64,000 bases of DNA from Camelus ferus (lineage: Eukaryota), in contig NC_045707.1 of assembly GCF_009834535.1 (NCBI RefSeq), forward strand, positions 54,624,001 through 54,688,000, read 5' to 3'. How positions within the stretch are numbered: the stretch's first letter is position 1; each line of letters starts with the position of its first letter. A program made the translations under genes and the position numbers. Positions 1 to 13,149 of the stretch are shown in pieces. The notes under the pieces were generated by a model. It saw only the letters and a list, made by a program, of their open reading frames with translations, searched no databases and had not been told where the DNA came from.

Positions 1-419
1 TCATGTAAGTGTTAATCTTTGCAAAACTATTCTTAATTTTGGACATTCTTACCAAGATAGCACGTCTTTTAGATTTCAAATGACATGACATCAAACAACA
101 TACTATATAGTTTCTCAGAGGAATCTCAAGGTTAGCTTAAATATTCCTTTGTCTCTTTTGCCTACAAGCTCCTGCTTTTGCTAAAACATTAATTATGAAT
201 CATTTTACTAACCCCTCTATGTGGTTTCTGTTGTGCAAAGACAGAACATGGTACACTTTCTTTAATCTCCCTTGCAAAAAATCAGTCGCTGATAATAAAT
301 TCACTAAATGTCATTAAATTCATAAATGTGCAAGAGAAATTGAAGCTTTGCAATGACAGTTATAAGTTTTCCAAGTGTCTCTTTATAGAAATATTCCTGG
401 TAATCAATTAAGAAGTAAT

Positions 420-1160
420 GATAGAATTGGAACATCATCAGTTCGCAACCTCTAAAAAGCAGATGTTGGAAATGAATATATCAATGCTTGTTAACGTAGA
501 AAAAGAAAGTCAACAGCAGACTAATTGTCTCCTAATGGAATAACATAATGCCACTTATGGATTGTTCTTGAAAATATCAAGCCTATTTCTCACAAAGTCT
601 CTATATCTAACTTTCAATTTATAGGAAATAGAGGGAATAGATGTACACATTAGACAATACCACAGATACACAATCAATAAATCCAGGAATGTGGTGAACT
701 CTATGGAAAAATGACCCTGTGTCTTCAACAAAGAGCAACAGAAAAAAATAAGAGAAGAAACATATAAGAACTGGGGCATAGAACCAATTTTAAACTATTA
801 AAAGGTGAAATTATGAAACAGTAGGGAAAATGTGAGCACTAATTGGATAGTCAATGATTTTGAGGATTTATTGTTCGTTCTGGTGAGTAAGGGTATGGGA
901 GTGAATTTTTAAAAGCCATTATATTTTAGAACAAACTAAAGTATTTATGAATTAACTTCTATGATGACTGGAATTTGATCCAAGGGGATGCAGGAGAAGC
1001 ATGGAAAGCAAAGCTTGCAGTGGTACAGAGGAAACAAGACTGGCCACAGGCTGATAAATATTGAAGCCAAGTGATTGATAGGTACAGGGGGATCATTAAA
1101 CTATACTCTACATTTTGCATATGTTCGATATTTCCCTTAATAAACATGTTATTTTAAAAA
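420..1160 (+). mobile_element. Ancient L1 3' UTR fragment (L1MC/L1ME-like)
   Basis: Resembles old L1M 3' ends (tctatatctaactttcaatttataggaaatagaggg...caatcaataaatccaggaatgtggtgaactcta...tcttcaacaaa) and ends in aataaa plus an A-rich tail. Confidence 0.65.
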
Positions 1161-3334
1161 ATTAATTAACACTCTGGCCACTTAACCGATAGGGATTTCT
1201 TAGCTCACCTTGTGCGTGGGCTCCAACTGTTCTGTTTGCCTGTTGCCCAGAACTCTTTTCTCTCTACTGTCTGCCTGACATTTTTCTAGATCTGTCCCAT
1301 TGACCAATACTGCTCTAGGAATACACACTTAATTATTTCATTTACTTAAAGGAGAAGTTTATCTTTCCCTCTCCATAGTAAATGTAGTCCTGCTTTTGAA
1401 TCCAAAGACTTACTAATATGTTATATTAAACTATGAGCCATCTATACCAGGTGTCAACCTTCCACATCCCACACTGGCAAAGACATTAAAATGCCAGGTC
1501 TATAATCTCCTTCTGACAAGCAGATTCTATGAGAGGAAGAAAGCAGTAAAAATATTTTTATTTCCTCCACTGACCTGAATTATACAACCACTACCTCTTT
1601 CATCTTTTTAATAGGCAGAAATGACTAAGATCAAGTTCTGATTTATATTTTTCCTTTGGTCTCTTTCCATGACTTTTACTTTTTATATAAGATATGTGCA
1701 TTGCTTGAAGGATATAACATTTTGTAATAAAATTAGAGGCAAGAAAATTTTCTCAGAATTTAAATTGAAAACAATTACTATGTAAAGTGAATGCTTTGAA
1801 TATTTCAGCAACTTTTCTAGTGAGGTATTTTTACATTTTAATTATGTATTTTTATCTTAATTTGGAAGAAGTAGGTGAATCATCCATAAAAAAAAAGTCC
1901 CTTTAAATCATTAATGAAAATTTCCTCTAAATTAGAATTGCATATTTTAACTCCATCCCTGACTAAAGTTCATATATTATACACTTACATAGTCTTGATA
2001 GAGTATCATTTTCCCCTTTCCTCACTTCATGGCAGATCATTCAAATTTTATATGTTAAGTGTAGAATTCAGGAGAGAAAGCGAGGGATAGTGAATTTCAA
2101 TGGATTAGTGAGTTTCTCTGATTAAATTTTTTCTTAAAATAAAATCAAGACAATTTCAAGTAGAGGACAATCTTCAGGAAAACCAAATAATGTCATAATC
2201 CAGTGTCATTAGTTGCTTTAAAATGTAAGTTTTTGCTCTGTCACCCAAGGCTATCTTCCCAAAAGATCCCACAGTTATATCAGCTCTCTCTCATTTAATG
2301 ATGAAAGGGTCTGGAAAGCAGTTCTGTTCCAAAGGGTGACTGGAAATATTAGATGTACATGCTAAGACCTCATGTGGATGGAGCCCTAACTTATGTCAGG
2401 CATCTTTTTGTTTTAAAATGAATAAAGTATATTCAGTAGGAATCTGAGATGAAATTGATTCATACTACAGGAACATGTTCTTATTTAATACTGAATCTCT
2501 ATACCCTCTCCTCTCTTTTATAGCACATCATTTGAGAGGAAAAATCAATGATGTAGCTGCTTTCTGAAATTATGTCTTAGACACATGGATTCTTTGGGTC
2601 ACTGCTTTTCTTCACTAGTGGAAAATACAACGGAAACTGTGTAATGGAAAGAACAGTCCCAATGAGAGCAGGTTAAACTGGTGCAGAATTTTAAACTTGA
2701 AATGTGAGCTATGGAATAAGTATCTAATATAAATTGTCATCTCTGTAAAAATAATAATTTCTTCATATGGAATACTATTGGATCAAAAATATTAAAAAAA
2801 AAACTCTCTGTGATTAGAATCTTCTTTCTCTATAGTAAAAGATTTATTTTAACCTCAAGTGAAGTTAGCATCCCTAACGAATCTAGAGCTAGAATACAGA
2901 AATTAAAAGGACCTGATGTGTCAAACAGGTATGCAGTCCTAGAAAGTACACCCCTGAGGGAATATCACTTAGGTACTATTTACATGAGTAAATCCCTGAA
3001 GGAAGCTAAGACATGAGTAAGCGTATTAGTCAGAGTTTTAGTTAGACTGTAAGTACATGCAAATGACATGAATATTGAACATAAACTTGTTAAAGACCAA
3101 TATTTGGAACAACTGAAAACTAGGATACGTTTAATAACATAAATACAGAAAGTGTCATGATAGTCTTTTTCTCTTTCAAATGAAGGAAATCACATCTATT
3201 TCCAGCCTGAATCAGAAATTTTTCCTGTATCTCAACACTACCCTCCTCCAGTTCCCAGCCAAAAAAAATCTTGAATTAATTTATAGTCACATTATTACAT
3301 ATAAAATAGAAAGTGAATCGGATCAGGCTAAATT

Positions 3335-3420
3335 CAGAGAACTGTGGGAGAATAAATTTCTGTTGTTTAAGCAATCCAGTTTGTGATTCTTTGTTAACAC
3401 AGCCCTAGGAAACAAATACG
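3335..3420 (+). mobile_element. MaLR (MLT1-type) LTR 3' fragment
   Basis: agaactgtgggagaataaatttctgttgtttaagc...ttgttaacacagccctaggaaacaaatac matches a typical MLT1 LTR 3' end. Confidence 0.7.
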
Positions 3421-5253
3421 ATGTTAAGTATTAGCAAATTTTAGTGTGAGGGATCTGCTTTGACAATTCACCATTCTGCATAATGCACATTAGTGGCAGT
3501 AGTGAGGTTGTCATCAGTCCACAAATTATAATGGCCAAAGAATCTGGGGGTAAGAAAAAGGAGGAAGAAAAGCCTGACAAGAATGATAATGGAATGTCTC
3601 TACATATCCTTTGTATGAACAGATGAAAGCCTTGATGTAAATTGCAGAAGGCAATCTTACTAATGAAATACAAAAGAAATACCCTTAGACTTAAGGGAAT
3701 TGGATAAGATGATGGACAGAGGAAAAGTACTGTTCCTGGCCATTACAGAAGCACTGGTGAAAGTTAAACCCCTAAAGGAGGAAACTAGAATAGAAAAATT
3801 GTTTTCCTCACTCCAATGCACTGTTAAGAAGGAAATTAAAAATTAGTATCCAAACCTTACAATACGTCATTGCTTAAGTCTTATATATATATACTTATTA
3901 ACTGAATAATCAACTGAATAATTAGTTCATAATAGGACTTCAGGCATCTCCAAATATTTACATATGATCTTTAAAAAACATGAAGTACGGAAATCCTTGG
4001 GATATTACTATAAATAGATACCAGATAAATGTACATCTTAAGTGGCTATTTTTATTTTGTTCCTCAGGGTGGGAAATGCTTGATTGTTGCCTTAAAAGTT
4101 TATAATATTAAAAAGTTAAAGTAGTTTAAATAATTAGAGATATATAAAATAGATAAATGATTTTGTCTTCTTGATGCATTTCCATATATTATCAACATCT
4201 TTTTTGTACCTTTTGTAGGGAACAATAATAATATTTTAAAGGAGGGAATAAAAATGGAGAAAGTAGAAAAAAAGTTCAAGTACAAGATAAATTGATAGTA
4301 GATGGATAGTGGGTAAGCTATACTAATGTGACCATTTATGAATTAAATTCTATAAAAGTAAACAAATTATGCAAAGTGAATGAAGGTTTTGTGAGATAAA
4401 ACATGAAAAGAATTGAAAGATCACACAAAGAGAAAACTTTCATGTTAAAAGAATTCAATGCAGTCCTATTTTACTTGTTACTAATTAATACTGATCCATT
4501 AAATTCCAATAATACTGTAAATTGTATGAAATGGATGGGCTGGTTCTTCTTGGCATTTTAGTAGTAAAAGAAATATTATTTTATCATCCTTGCCAGAGAC
4601 ACGAAATTAGAGTTGGAATACGTTGCACTGTAAATTTATGGAACGATTACCAAATAATTGACTTTATGCACAATAGATATGATAATTATACTAAATATAA
4701 AGAGAAAAGTAAACTGGATAAATGATGAGCTATATATCTTATCTAATGCCCAATATCCTCCATAGGACTTTATTTTAGATGTTATTGCTAATTATAATGA
4801 TGATGACAAATATTCTTCAGGCTGAAAAAGACAATGTAACCATTAACCATACTCAGATTAAGTTTTTGTAAACAAATGGAGTACAAAAAATGATACCCTA
4901 CTTCTATTATTTTTATTTTACAGAATGAGAACTGTTTGAATACCTCATCTTTCAAAAGACAAAAGGAATAATTCAGGATCCTATTCAAAGGTGGAATTTG
5001 TCAATGAGTTCTTTTTATTCGTTTAACAAGGAATCCATTTAATCATTGAACCATTTGTGAATTAATCAGTTTATTTCCCAGTAATTCCCTAAATGCTTTT
5101 GTATATAAAATCCTTTAAAAGAAAGAAATTTAAGCAATGACATAGTTTGATAAAAATATTCTACACTTAACATTTGGGATATGTAATTTATATTGACTTT
5201 GTTCATTCTGTAAGCTGTCAATCTAATTTTCAGCAATTATAATATTATATACA

Positions 5254-5274
5254 TGTATGTGTGTGTGATGAATA

Positions 5275-5305
<31 letters not shown>

Positions 5306-5321
5306 TATATATATATATATA
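5254..5321. repeat. Compound (TG)n/(TA)n microsatellite
   Basis: Directly visible dinucleotide runs. Confidence 0.9.
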
Positions 5322-6349
5322 AAAATATGAGTAAAAGCTGTTTTGTCCTTTAAGTATAAAATATGATTGTTGCACTACAAAGATATCCTGATAAAAAGCC
5401 TTTTTGACATGAATGAGAAAGTAGACTGTAAATAATTATCATAGGGAAAAATTCTTGATTTAAATACATCCATCAAAACTACAACAGTTACTAGCTAACA
5501 ATTTAGTTTAATTATAATACTTTATGATTAATGTGTGATTATTCTTTCAATAAATCCATACCCACTACTCCATCCATTTCATCTTCATTACACTCATCAA
5601 CGTAAGTAACATTTTTACATCAATCTTATAACTATATCTTTTACTATCTATAATTTTTAAAATTCAAAATTATCGATTTTTATTTTCAAAGTATTTCTCC
5701 ACTTTCCTGCAATCAAGACTTCCTTATGAAAGAACAAAAATCAAAATTGTTGCGGTTTGAGTGGACACCAACTCTATCTCAAGAAAAGCAGCAATTCTCA
5801 ATAGAACAGGGTTGCTCACGGGCTTTTGAGCTGACTCAGTCACATCGTTAAAAGTCCCGACCTTACAGCAAGATTAATGGAGTCATTAATGGATGTCAGC
5901 TCCAGCAGATCTTTCAGAATTACCCCTGGCAAATGTTACCAAAATCAGACAGCTATATAGAGAGCCATGAAAGACATAAGTCCATCAAAATCCTGAATTT
6001 TCTAATTTTCTGCAGGACTTTGTTTCTGCATGCAAGAGTTGCAATGCAAATTTTCAATGTGAATGCATATATTTATGCCTTTCTTTATTATTCTTGTTCA
6101 GTCTGTCATTGTAATCTTCATAATGGTTGTGAAAAAAGTGTGCAGTTTATCAGAAAGTAACCACAATACCAGAAGAGCTTCCTCAAGTTAAGTCTCATTG
6201 GAGATCTGGAAGAGTACATATAAAACATTATTTAGGGAGTTTAACATCTTTCCTAACCCACTTTGGAGAGGCTGACCATCATTTAGTTGTGGAATTGAAT
6301 TCATTTGTCAGGGACTGGAATATGCACTCAGCCAATACATGGATATTAA

Positions 6350-7150
6350 CTTGTGGTCCCTGTTCTCAAGTCCAATGTGGAAATATACATATATAAGAGG
6401 TATTTACAATATTTAGAGATAAATCTTGAGGGTGGGGGGATAGACAAGGTACACTGGCAACACTGTCAGCTTAGTGGAATAGAAAATATTTGAGTTCACT
6501 TTTGATAAACGAATGATAATTTGTAAAGAAAATAAGGAAAATGACTTCCCTAGCAGGAAGAACTTGTAAGAGCAAATAATAAAAAGACCGAAGTGTGCAC
6601 AGCATATTTGAGAGCCAAAAGCTATTTAGTATTTCTGAAGTATAAACAGAAAAACTGTACAGTCAAGATATAAACCAGAATAAGAAAACAGGTCCTTAAT
6701 CTTAAGTGTCCTGAATCTATGCCAAGCAATTTAAATTTAATTTTGTAGATAATGGGGAGTCGTTAAGGAAATTTCAAAGAGGGTGGAACTGGAAGTAGAA
6801 ACCAATCCTAGGCTGACAAAAGTCCAGGAGAAAGGAGTACAAGGCAGACAAAATAAGGTAACAGAAGAGGGTGAAGGAAAAAAAGATTTCAATTATTTAA
6901 GCAATTGCATGAGAAGAATTACTAGGTCAGAAGAGCTCCCGATGATTTTCAAGCTTCTAGCTTGTGATAGTAGGTGAACTGTATGCCAGTCACTTACACA
7001 GAAAATAACAGATTCGAATAGTCAGTGTGTTTACTTCCGAGGTAACTGATGGGCCTGATGAGATAAAAAATGTTGGTTCTTTGGAGATGAAAGAGATATT
7101 GATTGGAAGTGAAGAAGTCGTTGGTATATTTGTAGTAACTAATGCCACAG
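6350..7150 (-). mobile_element. L2 LINE fragment (degraded)
   Basis: Purine-rich stretch with L2 antisense hallmarks such as aattttgtagataatggggagtcgttaagg and gatgattttcaagcttctagcttg. Confidence 0.6.
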
Positions 7151-7604
7151 GGTTAAATTCACTAATAATTTGACTCATCAATAAATGTTTTTATGTATTA
7201 CAAGGTTATCAACTTCATATATTACAAAATGTATAACAAACGTGAAAATAAAACATAACCACCACCAAAATCAACTTCATTATACAGTCTCTATTCATTT
7301 ATCATGTGTTTAACTTATGATGTCGCATACACTATTTCTCAACACTAAAAGTCAGAAATACTTAAATCATTTAAGCACTTTCCAGACTTACAGAATTCAT
7401 ATAGTTATATACTACACAGAACATAACCGTCTAATTACAGTCAGCAAAATATGACTGCTTCTGGAAGCCATGAAGAGATGTTAGTGGCCTGAACATCAGT
7501 TGTTAGGGGGCTGTTATGACGGTTCCAGGTAATAATAGTACGGTCTTACAGTAATGCCATGACAAGGGTATTGAAATCAACTGAATGCAATAGTAGTCAA
7601 CAAC

Positions 7605-7725
7605 TAGTTTTTATTAGTCACCATTCCAAGCACTTTGCATGTGTTCACTCATTTAATCCACACTACAACCCTATGAGATAAATACTATTATTGCTTCCAT
7701 TTTATGGATGAAAAAGCTGAAGGAA
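7605..7725 (-). mobile_element. MIR SINE
   Basis: catttaatccacactacaaccctatgagataaatactattattgcttccattttatggatgaaaaagctga is the antisense MIR core. Confidence 0.8.
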
Positions 7726-7989
7726 GGAATCAAATTCAGGAAAGAATTTATACAATAGTAAACACCTTTTAAAGAGTGGCAATCTAGGTTCAAATCCATG
7801 CTGTAATCCTTTTTGCTAGATTTATGGTTGTTTCTAACTTTTTGTTACACTCTACTGGCGTTCCATGAAGTCATACCATACATATTTATGGTAACAGCTT
7901 TATCACAAATGAAAAAGCTTAATCCGCTATGAATCCAAGTTGATAAACCTACACAGAGGTGGTCAATAAGTACATGCTTTTTATTCTGT

Positions 7990-8130
7990 CATGTGAATGT
8001 AAACTCAATAAAGACAGGTAGAGATTTATGTCTATTTTGCTGCTGTTGTATCCGCAGCACCTAGAACTAAAGCACTTAGTAAGCACTTAAAAAAAAAAAC
8101 AACTTTAAATTAAGAAATGAATGAACAAAT
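7990..8130 (+). mobile_element. L2 3' end
   Basis: gaatgtaaactc...cagcacctagaac...cacttagtaagcactt...gaatgaa tail. Confidence 0.65.
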
Positions 8131-8399
8131 TAATTAAGCCTTAATGGTCTAAAATGTGAGAGAAGAGTCTATTTTAATAGAAGAATATATATTGGCAGAC
8201 ACAAGTTTTTCCACTTAAGAGATTACTGCATAGAAAATTTGTTTAACAAGTGGTTAGAAAAACACAATTTATTTGAAATATGCCTAAATACTAATGAAGG
8301 GCATTGACTTTTAGCATAGGGATGGATTTCCTACTCCTCTTTAAAAATAACACTTTGTGATTATTACGACTATACATATTTTTGAAGAAAATATATACA

Positions 8400-8795
8400 A
8401 TAAAATATGGTATAAATATGAAATTGAAAATAACTTATAATGCATCATCCAGGGATAAACACTGTTAAACAATCAGGGCCTGAACATCTAACTTCCACTT
8501 TACGAATGTGATTAAATTTCAATTAAAAATTAGACTTACCCTATGTATATTGTTTTGTTATCTTCTTTCTTTTAAGAGTGTATCATCAGAATTTCCACAT
8601 GCTATTAAATGTTATTTGAAAACTTTAGTTACAAAGCATCCCATTCTCTGAATATATCACAATTCCCTGGCTTTGGTGATTCCTAGTATTTCATTTACTG
8701 ATTTTTGTAAATAACACTGTGTAGACATTCTTACATGTACATACTTGAGCACATCTCTAATTATATTTAAGAATAAATTTCTAGATTTGGAATCT
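8400..8795 (-). mobile_element. Ancient L1 (L1ME-like) 3' fragment
   Basis: cagggataaacactgttaaac...aataacactgtgtagacattctt...gaataaatttctagatttggaat resembles antisense L1ME. Confidence 0.55.
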
Positions 8796-10046
8796 ATCAT
8801 TATTTTTCAGTTGAAATGACTATCAATTCACTAATCATTAAATGTAGATTTCAGTGTCATACAGAATTGCCTGTTTCCCTCAAATGTTCTTTAATTTAAT
8901 ATGTTTTCCTTTAATTAGTAAAACAATTACATGCTATATTGGCACTACTTAGAGTAATAGGTATTAAGACTTAATAAAAGTTAAATAAATAGAAGTTAAT
9001 GATTATAATCACATGTTATTATGCTGGAAGAGTAACAGACCTCTGCTAAGAGGTTTACATTCTCTTTCATTCTCTTACATTTCTGTTTTAACATCTATTT
9101 TAATTATTTAGGATTAAATTAATTTAGATCTGATTTTTGATCCAAAAACAAACTTTACAACTCTACAAGCTTGCAAAATCAAGAAATCTTAAATCTATGA
9201 AAAGCCTGATAGCTTTCCCAATAGATGGCAGAGATGACAATTTTAAAGAGAACCTATAAGAATAACCCCACTTATAAATTCTCATGTAAAATTCAACTGA
9301 ATATTAATATCTTAAAGTTCTTTCAATTTAAAAGCAGCACTTTTATTCACACTTTTTACCCTAGAAATCATGATAAAAATCAAACAAGATTTCATCTTAA
9401 AAAATATTCACTATAGGCCCACAAGCTTTTATAGGAAGAGCATAGAGCAGAGTTTTTTTTTTTTTTTTGCATGGCAGGAAAATTAAAGTTTGTTCTGTAA
9501 CATTCAACTGATACCTAAAGAAAGTATTATTCTTTATTCCATTTGCCTGGTTTGTTTTCTCTTTAGTTGTGTGAAGCCTTTTGAGAACTATTTACATGAA
9601 TAATTTAATATTGACCCATAAGTCATCTACAATTGAACACTTTAATCAGATATGTACATGACTCAGTGTAAATAAATGATTAATCCTCACATATGTCTGG
9701 CATAAAACGTCTTCTTAATTTTTGGTTGTATTGAAACTGAGAATTGAGGGCATTTGTAACAAGGACAGAAAAGGGGAAAAATAAGTATTTTAAGAAAAAA
9801 TATATAACAAACCTGATAAATTTCAGGCAAATTAAATAATCACTGCAGAGAAAGTAGAAACAATAAAAGCATCAATACTTTATATTTCTAATAAACTATC
9901 CATTCAATGGTATTAATATTTCTGAATTCTACAGAAGTTTCCAAAGTGTGCTCTACAGCCTGTTAAGGTAGACATGTAGCTAGTAATATATTAAAACAAA
10001 AAACAAGGAGGGATTGTTGAAGTTCTGTAGCCAAATACTTTGGGGC

Positions 10047-10577
10047 TAACCATAGAAGATCAAAAAGCGAGCGGTGGCCTAACCCCTCTGCCCCTTCCCC
10101 CCAAATTGGAATCCAGATCTAGGTGCCATCATGGTTAAAGTAAAAGTAGATACACACTCCACTGATAGAGTGCTGGCTGTCTCCGAAGGTGAGGGAGAAA
10201 GGCCACAAGGTGTGGTGTTGCTATTCCAACCTGGAATGTTATTTCAAGCATATGAAATAATGGACCCCATAAAAGTTGGAGGATTGTTCCAATCTGAGGG
10301 GAAGGGGCAGGGATTTCCAGGGATTAGGCCACCACTCACTTTTGGATCTTTTATAGTTAGCCTTAGAACTGTTGTGGTGCCTGTGGGAGTGCCATTTAGC
10401 ATATAATGCTAATATATTATAACAAGCATATAATGAAGCTCAAGATCTACTGGAAGTCAAATCTTCCACCATCCTGGGCCTCAAGGTCTACTGGGAGTTG
10501 ACTTTTCTGCCATTTTTGTGTTAACTGCTGTGTCATTCCTTTAATGGCTGTGCCCTGTCCCCGTCCTTCCTGTCTCA
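10047..10577 (-). mobile_element. ERV1-class solo LTR (artiodactyl MER41-like)
   Basis: Ends ...ccttcctgtctca, i.e. TGAGACAGG at the start of the minus strand. Flanked by a 4-bp GGGC duplication (10043-10046 / 10578-10581). GC-richer than the flanks. Confidence 0.8.
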
Positions 10578-10594
10578 GGGCAACCACTAAGATG

Positions 10595-10740
10595 CAGAAT
10601 CATCCTTATCATCATCCCCACTTTAGAAATGCAAAAAAACAGAGCTTCAAATGGTTTAAACAATCTGCCCAAGATGTGCCCCTAGTAAATTGTGAAGTCA
10701 GAACTACAAGTAAGTATTGAAACTCTACAACTTGCAGTCT
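10595..10740 (-). mobile_element. MIR SINE
   Basis: atcatccccactttagaaatgcaaaaaaacagagcttcaaatggtttaaacaatctgcccaagat. Confidence 0.65.
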
Positions 10741-10974
10741 TAATTATTATATTAAGTGACCTCTAAACCACTCTGGATTTTATAACTTACAACTTTTTTT
10801 CTGTCAAAACTGGATCTTGTGAAAATTATTGCTTCTAACAGTCTTCTTCCAAATCTTTATCTTTGCAGAAAAGACAGAGACAGAAAGCAATAGAGCATGA
10901 AAGAAGAATCAAGGGAAAATTCAAACTGGTGAGAGAGGCAGGAGAAAAGAGCAAAGGGGTACACAAACCACTGC

Positions 10975-12110
10975 AGTGAGCATCTCTTCTATGTTAGGAA
11001 CTATGGATGCAGGAATGAAAAAAAAAAAAAATGACACTGAGAAGTTCCTTGCCTGTGTGGAGTTTGCATTGATTCCAGAGAAGTCGCATAATGAAATGAT
11101 GACAAAATTAAAGAATCAGTACAATTAAATAGTACTAAAAAGCAGATAAACCAGGTGAAGGGACTCAGAATATGCCACCCCCAAATATGCCACTTTGGCA
11201 TATTGATTATTTGAGCTGAAAGCAGTTGAGAAATCAGATGTAGGAAAAGCTCTCTATCTTCCCCCTATCTGACTAAAAGCAGGGCATAAATTTCCCATGA
11301 GAAAGGTGCCCTCCTTGTACCAAGAGAAGAGAGTGTTCTTTATCATCAGAGACAGTCGATGCCAAGATGATTCTGCGTAAGCAGATATTTCTAAAATAAC
11401 TCTCATCTCTCATTAGTTCCCTCCATATATTTCCTAGTCACTTCCCTCAAATTTATTGGCTCTAGAGGCTCAACACCCCTTTACTTTGTCTAGTCACTTC
11501 TCTACAATTTAGCAATCTTTGTTTAAAATGGTGCATAAGACCTGAGTCGAACCACTTCTTCGGGTTTTTATTTTTGACTTCTTCTCTGTGAATCCCTTGT
11601 GAACATCTCATTAACTATCGTAATAAAATTATATGCTTTTTCTCCTTTTAACTTGTCTTTTGTCACTTTAATCTGCAGGTCCCAGTGCCTTAACCTAAAA
11701 AGGTAGAGGAAAAGTTTTCCCCCCCTTACACAGGATAATGACACAGAAAAGTCAAGTCATGCTCTTTGGGAGATTGTGCCAAGGAAAGCCTCTCTGAGAT
11801 TTGTTTTGAGACTCAAGAAAGTAGAAAGAAGGTGTGTTACAGGTAGAGGGGACAGCAATAGCTGTGGCCTGAAGTGAAAGGAATGGTGGTCTGTTCAAAG
11901 CACAATAATAGCAAGGGGGCCAATGTGGATCATGCACAGTGAGCAAGGGGAGAGACAAAGGAGGTGAGGTTCTAGAAGAAGACAGGGACCAGGATTTGTG
12001 TACCAGGCTAAGGAACTTAGAGTTTATTCTAATTGAAATAGAAAACCACTGACCAACTTTAAGTGGGAGATGGATTTCATTTGATTTATTTAAAAGAATA
12101 CTTTGTGTCA
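10975..12110 (-). mobile_element. L2 fragment interrupted by a solo LTR
   Basis: L2 antisense motifs on both sides of the LTR: ttccttgcctgtgtggagttt, caggtagaggggacagcaatagctgtggcctgaag, ctaaggaacttagagtttattct. Confidence 0.7.
11156..11730 (+). mobile_element. ERV1 solo LTR (MER34/MER39-like)
   Basis: TG...CA termini (tgaagggactcagaatatgccacccc ... cccccttaca), perfect 4-bp TSD CAGG (11152-11155 / 11731-11734), AATAAA at 11622. Confidence 0.9.
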
Positions 12111-12958
12111 TTCATTCAGGGAGGTCACTATGCATACCTCTCTGTGACAGAAATGCAAGCCAGTATATGGAACTGTGTCTGTTATCTATTTTGTTAAGAG
12201 TAGAAAGGAAGTCTCTTATTAAAACAGATTCATGTGTTCAACTTAGAACACATCTTCTCCACGTTAAACCTTTAATTTTCATTCAAACTTGTTGATAAAC
12301 CTTGAATTTATTCTCTTCCTGATCTATTTTTTTCTTTTTGTTTAAAATTGTACCCTAAACATGATTTAGCTTAATGATTTTAAAATGTAACAAGTGTAGT
12401 AAATGTAAAAATCATACTTGAGACATTGTTATTAGCAAATAGTAAATATTTATATCATTATAGAGTAGGTATTTTATCCCAAAGATCTGATTTTTAAGGT
12501 TGAATTAATAACAGGTTGAAGCAATTGGAATAAAGATAAAAATCATAAACTCCTAAGGATTTTACTATAGCCCTCTAAGTATATTTTATTTTTTATTTTT
12601 CTTGCTAATTAGCATGTAATTGGGACACAAAATGATGAACTGGTCTTTCAGCCACTGTGGTTCCTTTGAAGCTGCTAAAATAATTGAGTAGTTTAGAGGC
12701 AAACTAGAGTAGCTTTCAGTTAATTTTCTTGTAAAGGTCTTGCTTGAAGGGGTAGTTAGAGGCGGGCCATCATATTTGATTTTAAGGCTAAACAGAAGGT
12801 ACTTGATTTGCCCATGGCGATCAGCTGTTACTCCAAGCACTGAAAAACCTTCCAGCTCTTTACACCATTCGCTGCTGCGTCAGTGAGTTGTATCATTTCA
12901 TTGTGAAACTGAAAAGCATAATAAAACTTCTTGTTGGGTAACCGAGTTTTTCACTTTT

Positions 12959-13096
12959 TAAAAAAAAATTGAGATATAATTGACACACATTGTATTAGTT
13001 TCAGGTATGCAACACGATAACTCAATATTTGTATGAAATTGTAAAATGATCACCACAATCTATTTAGTCAACATCACCACACATAGTTACCGAATT
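12959..13096 (-). mobile_element. Short 5'-truncated L1 3' end (L1MA-like)
   Basis: ttgagatataattgacacacattgtattagtttcaggtatgcaacac...; degenerate TSD gagtttttcactttt (12944) / gaatttgtcactttt (13097). Confidence 0.75.
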
Positions 13097-13149
13097 GAAT
13101 TTGTCACTTTTCACATGACCTTCCCCATGCAGACTTTGGGATGCTCTCC

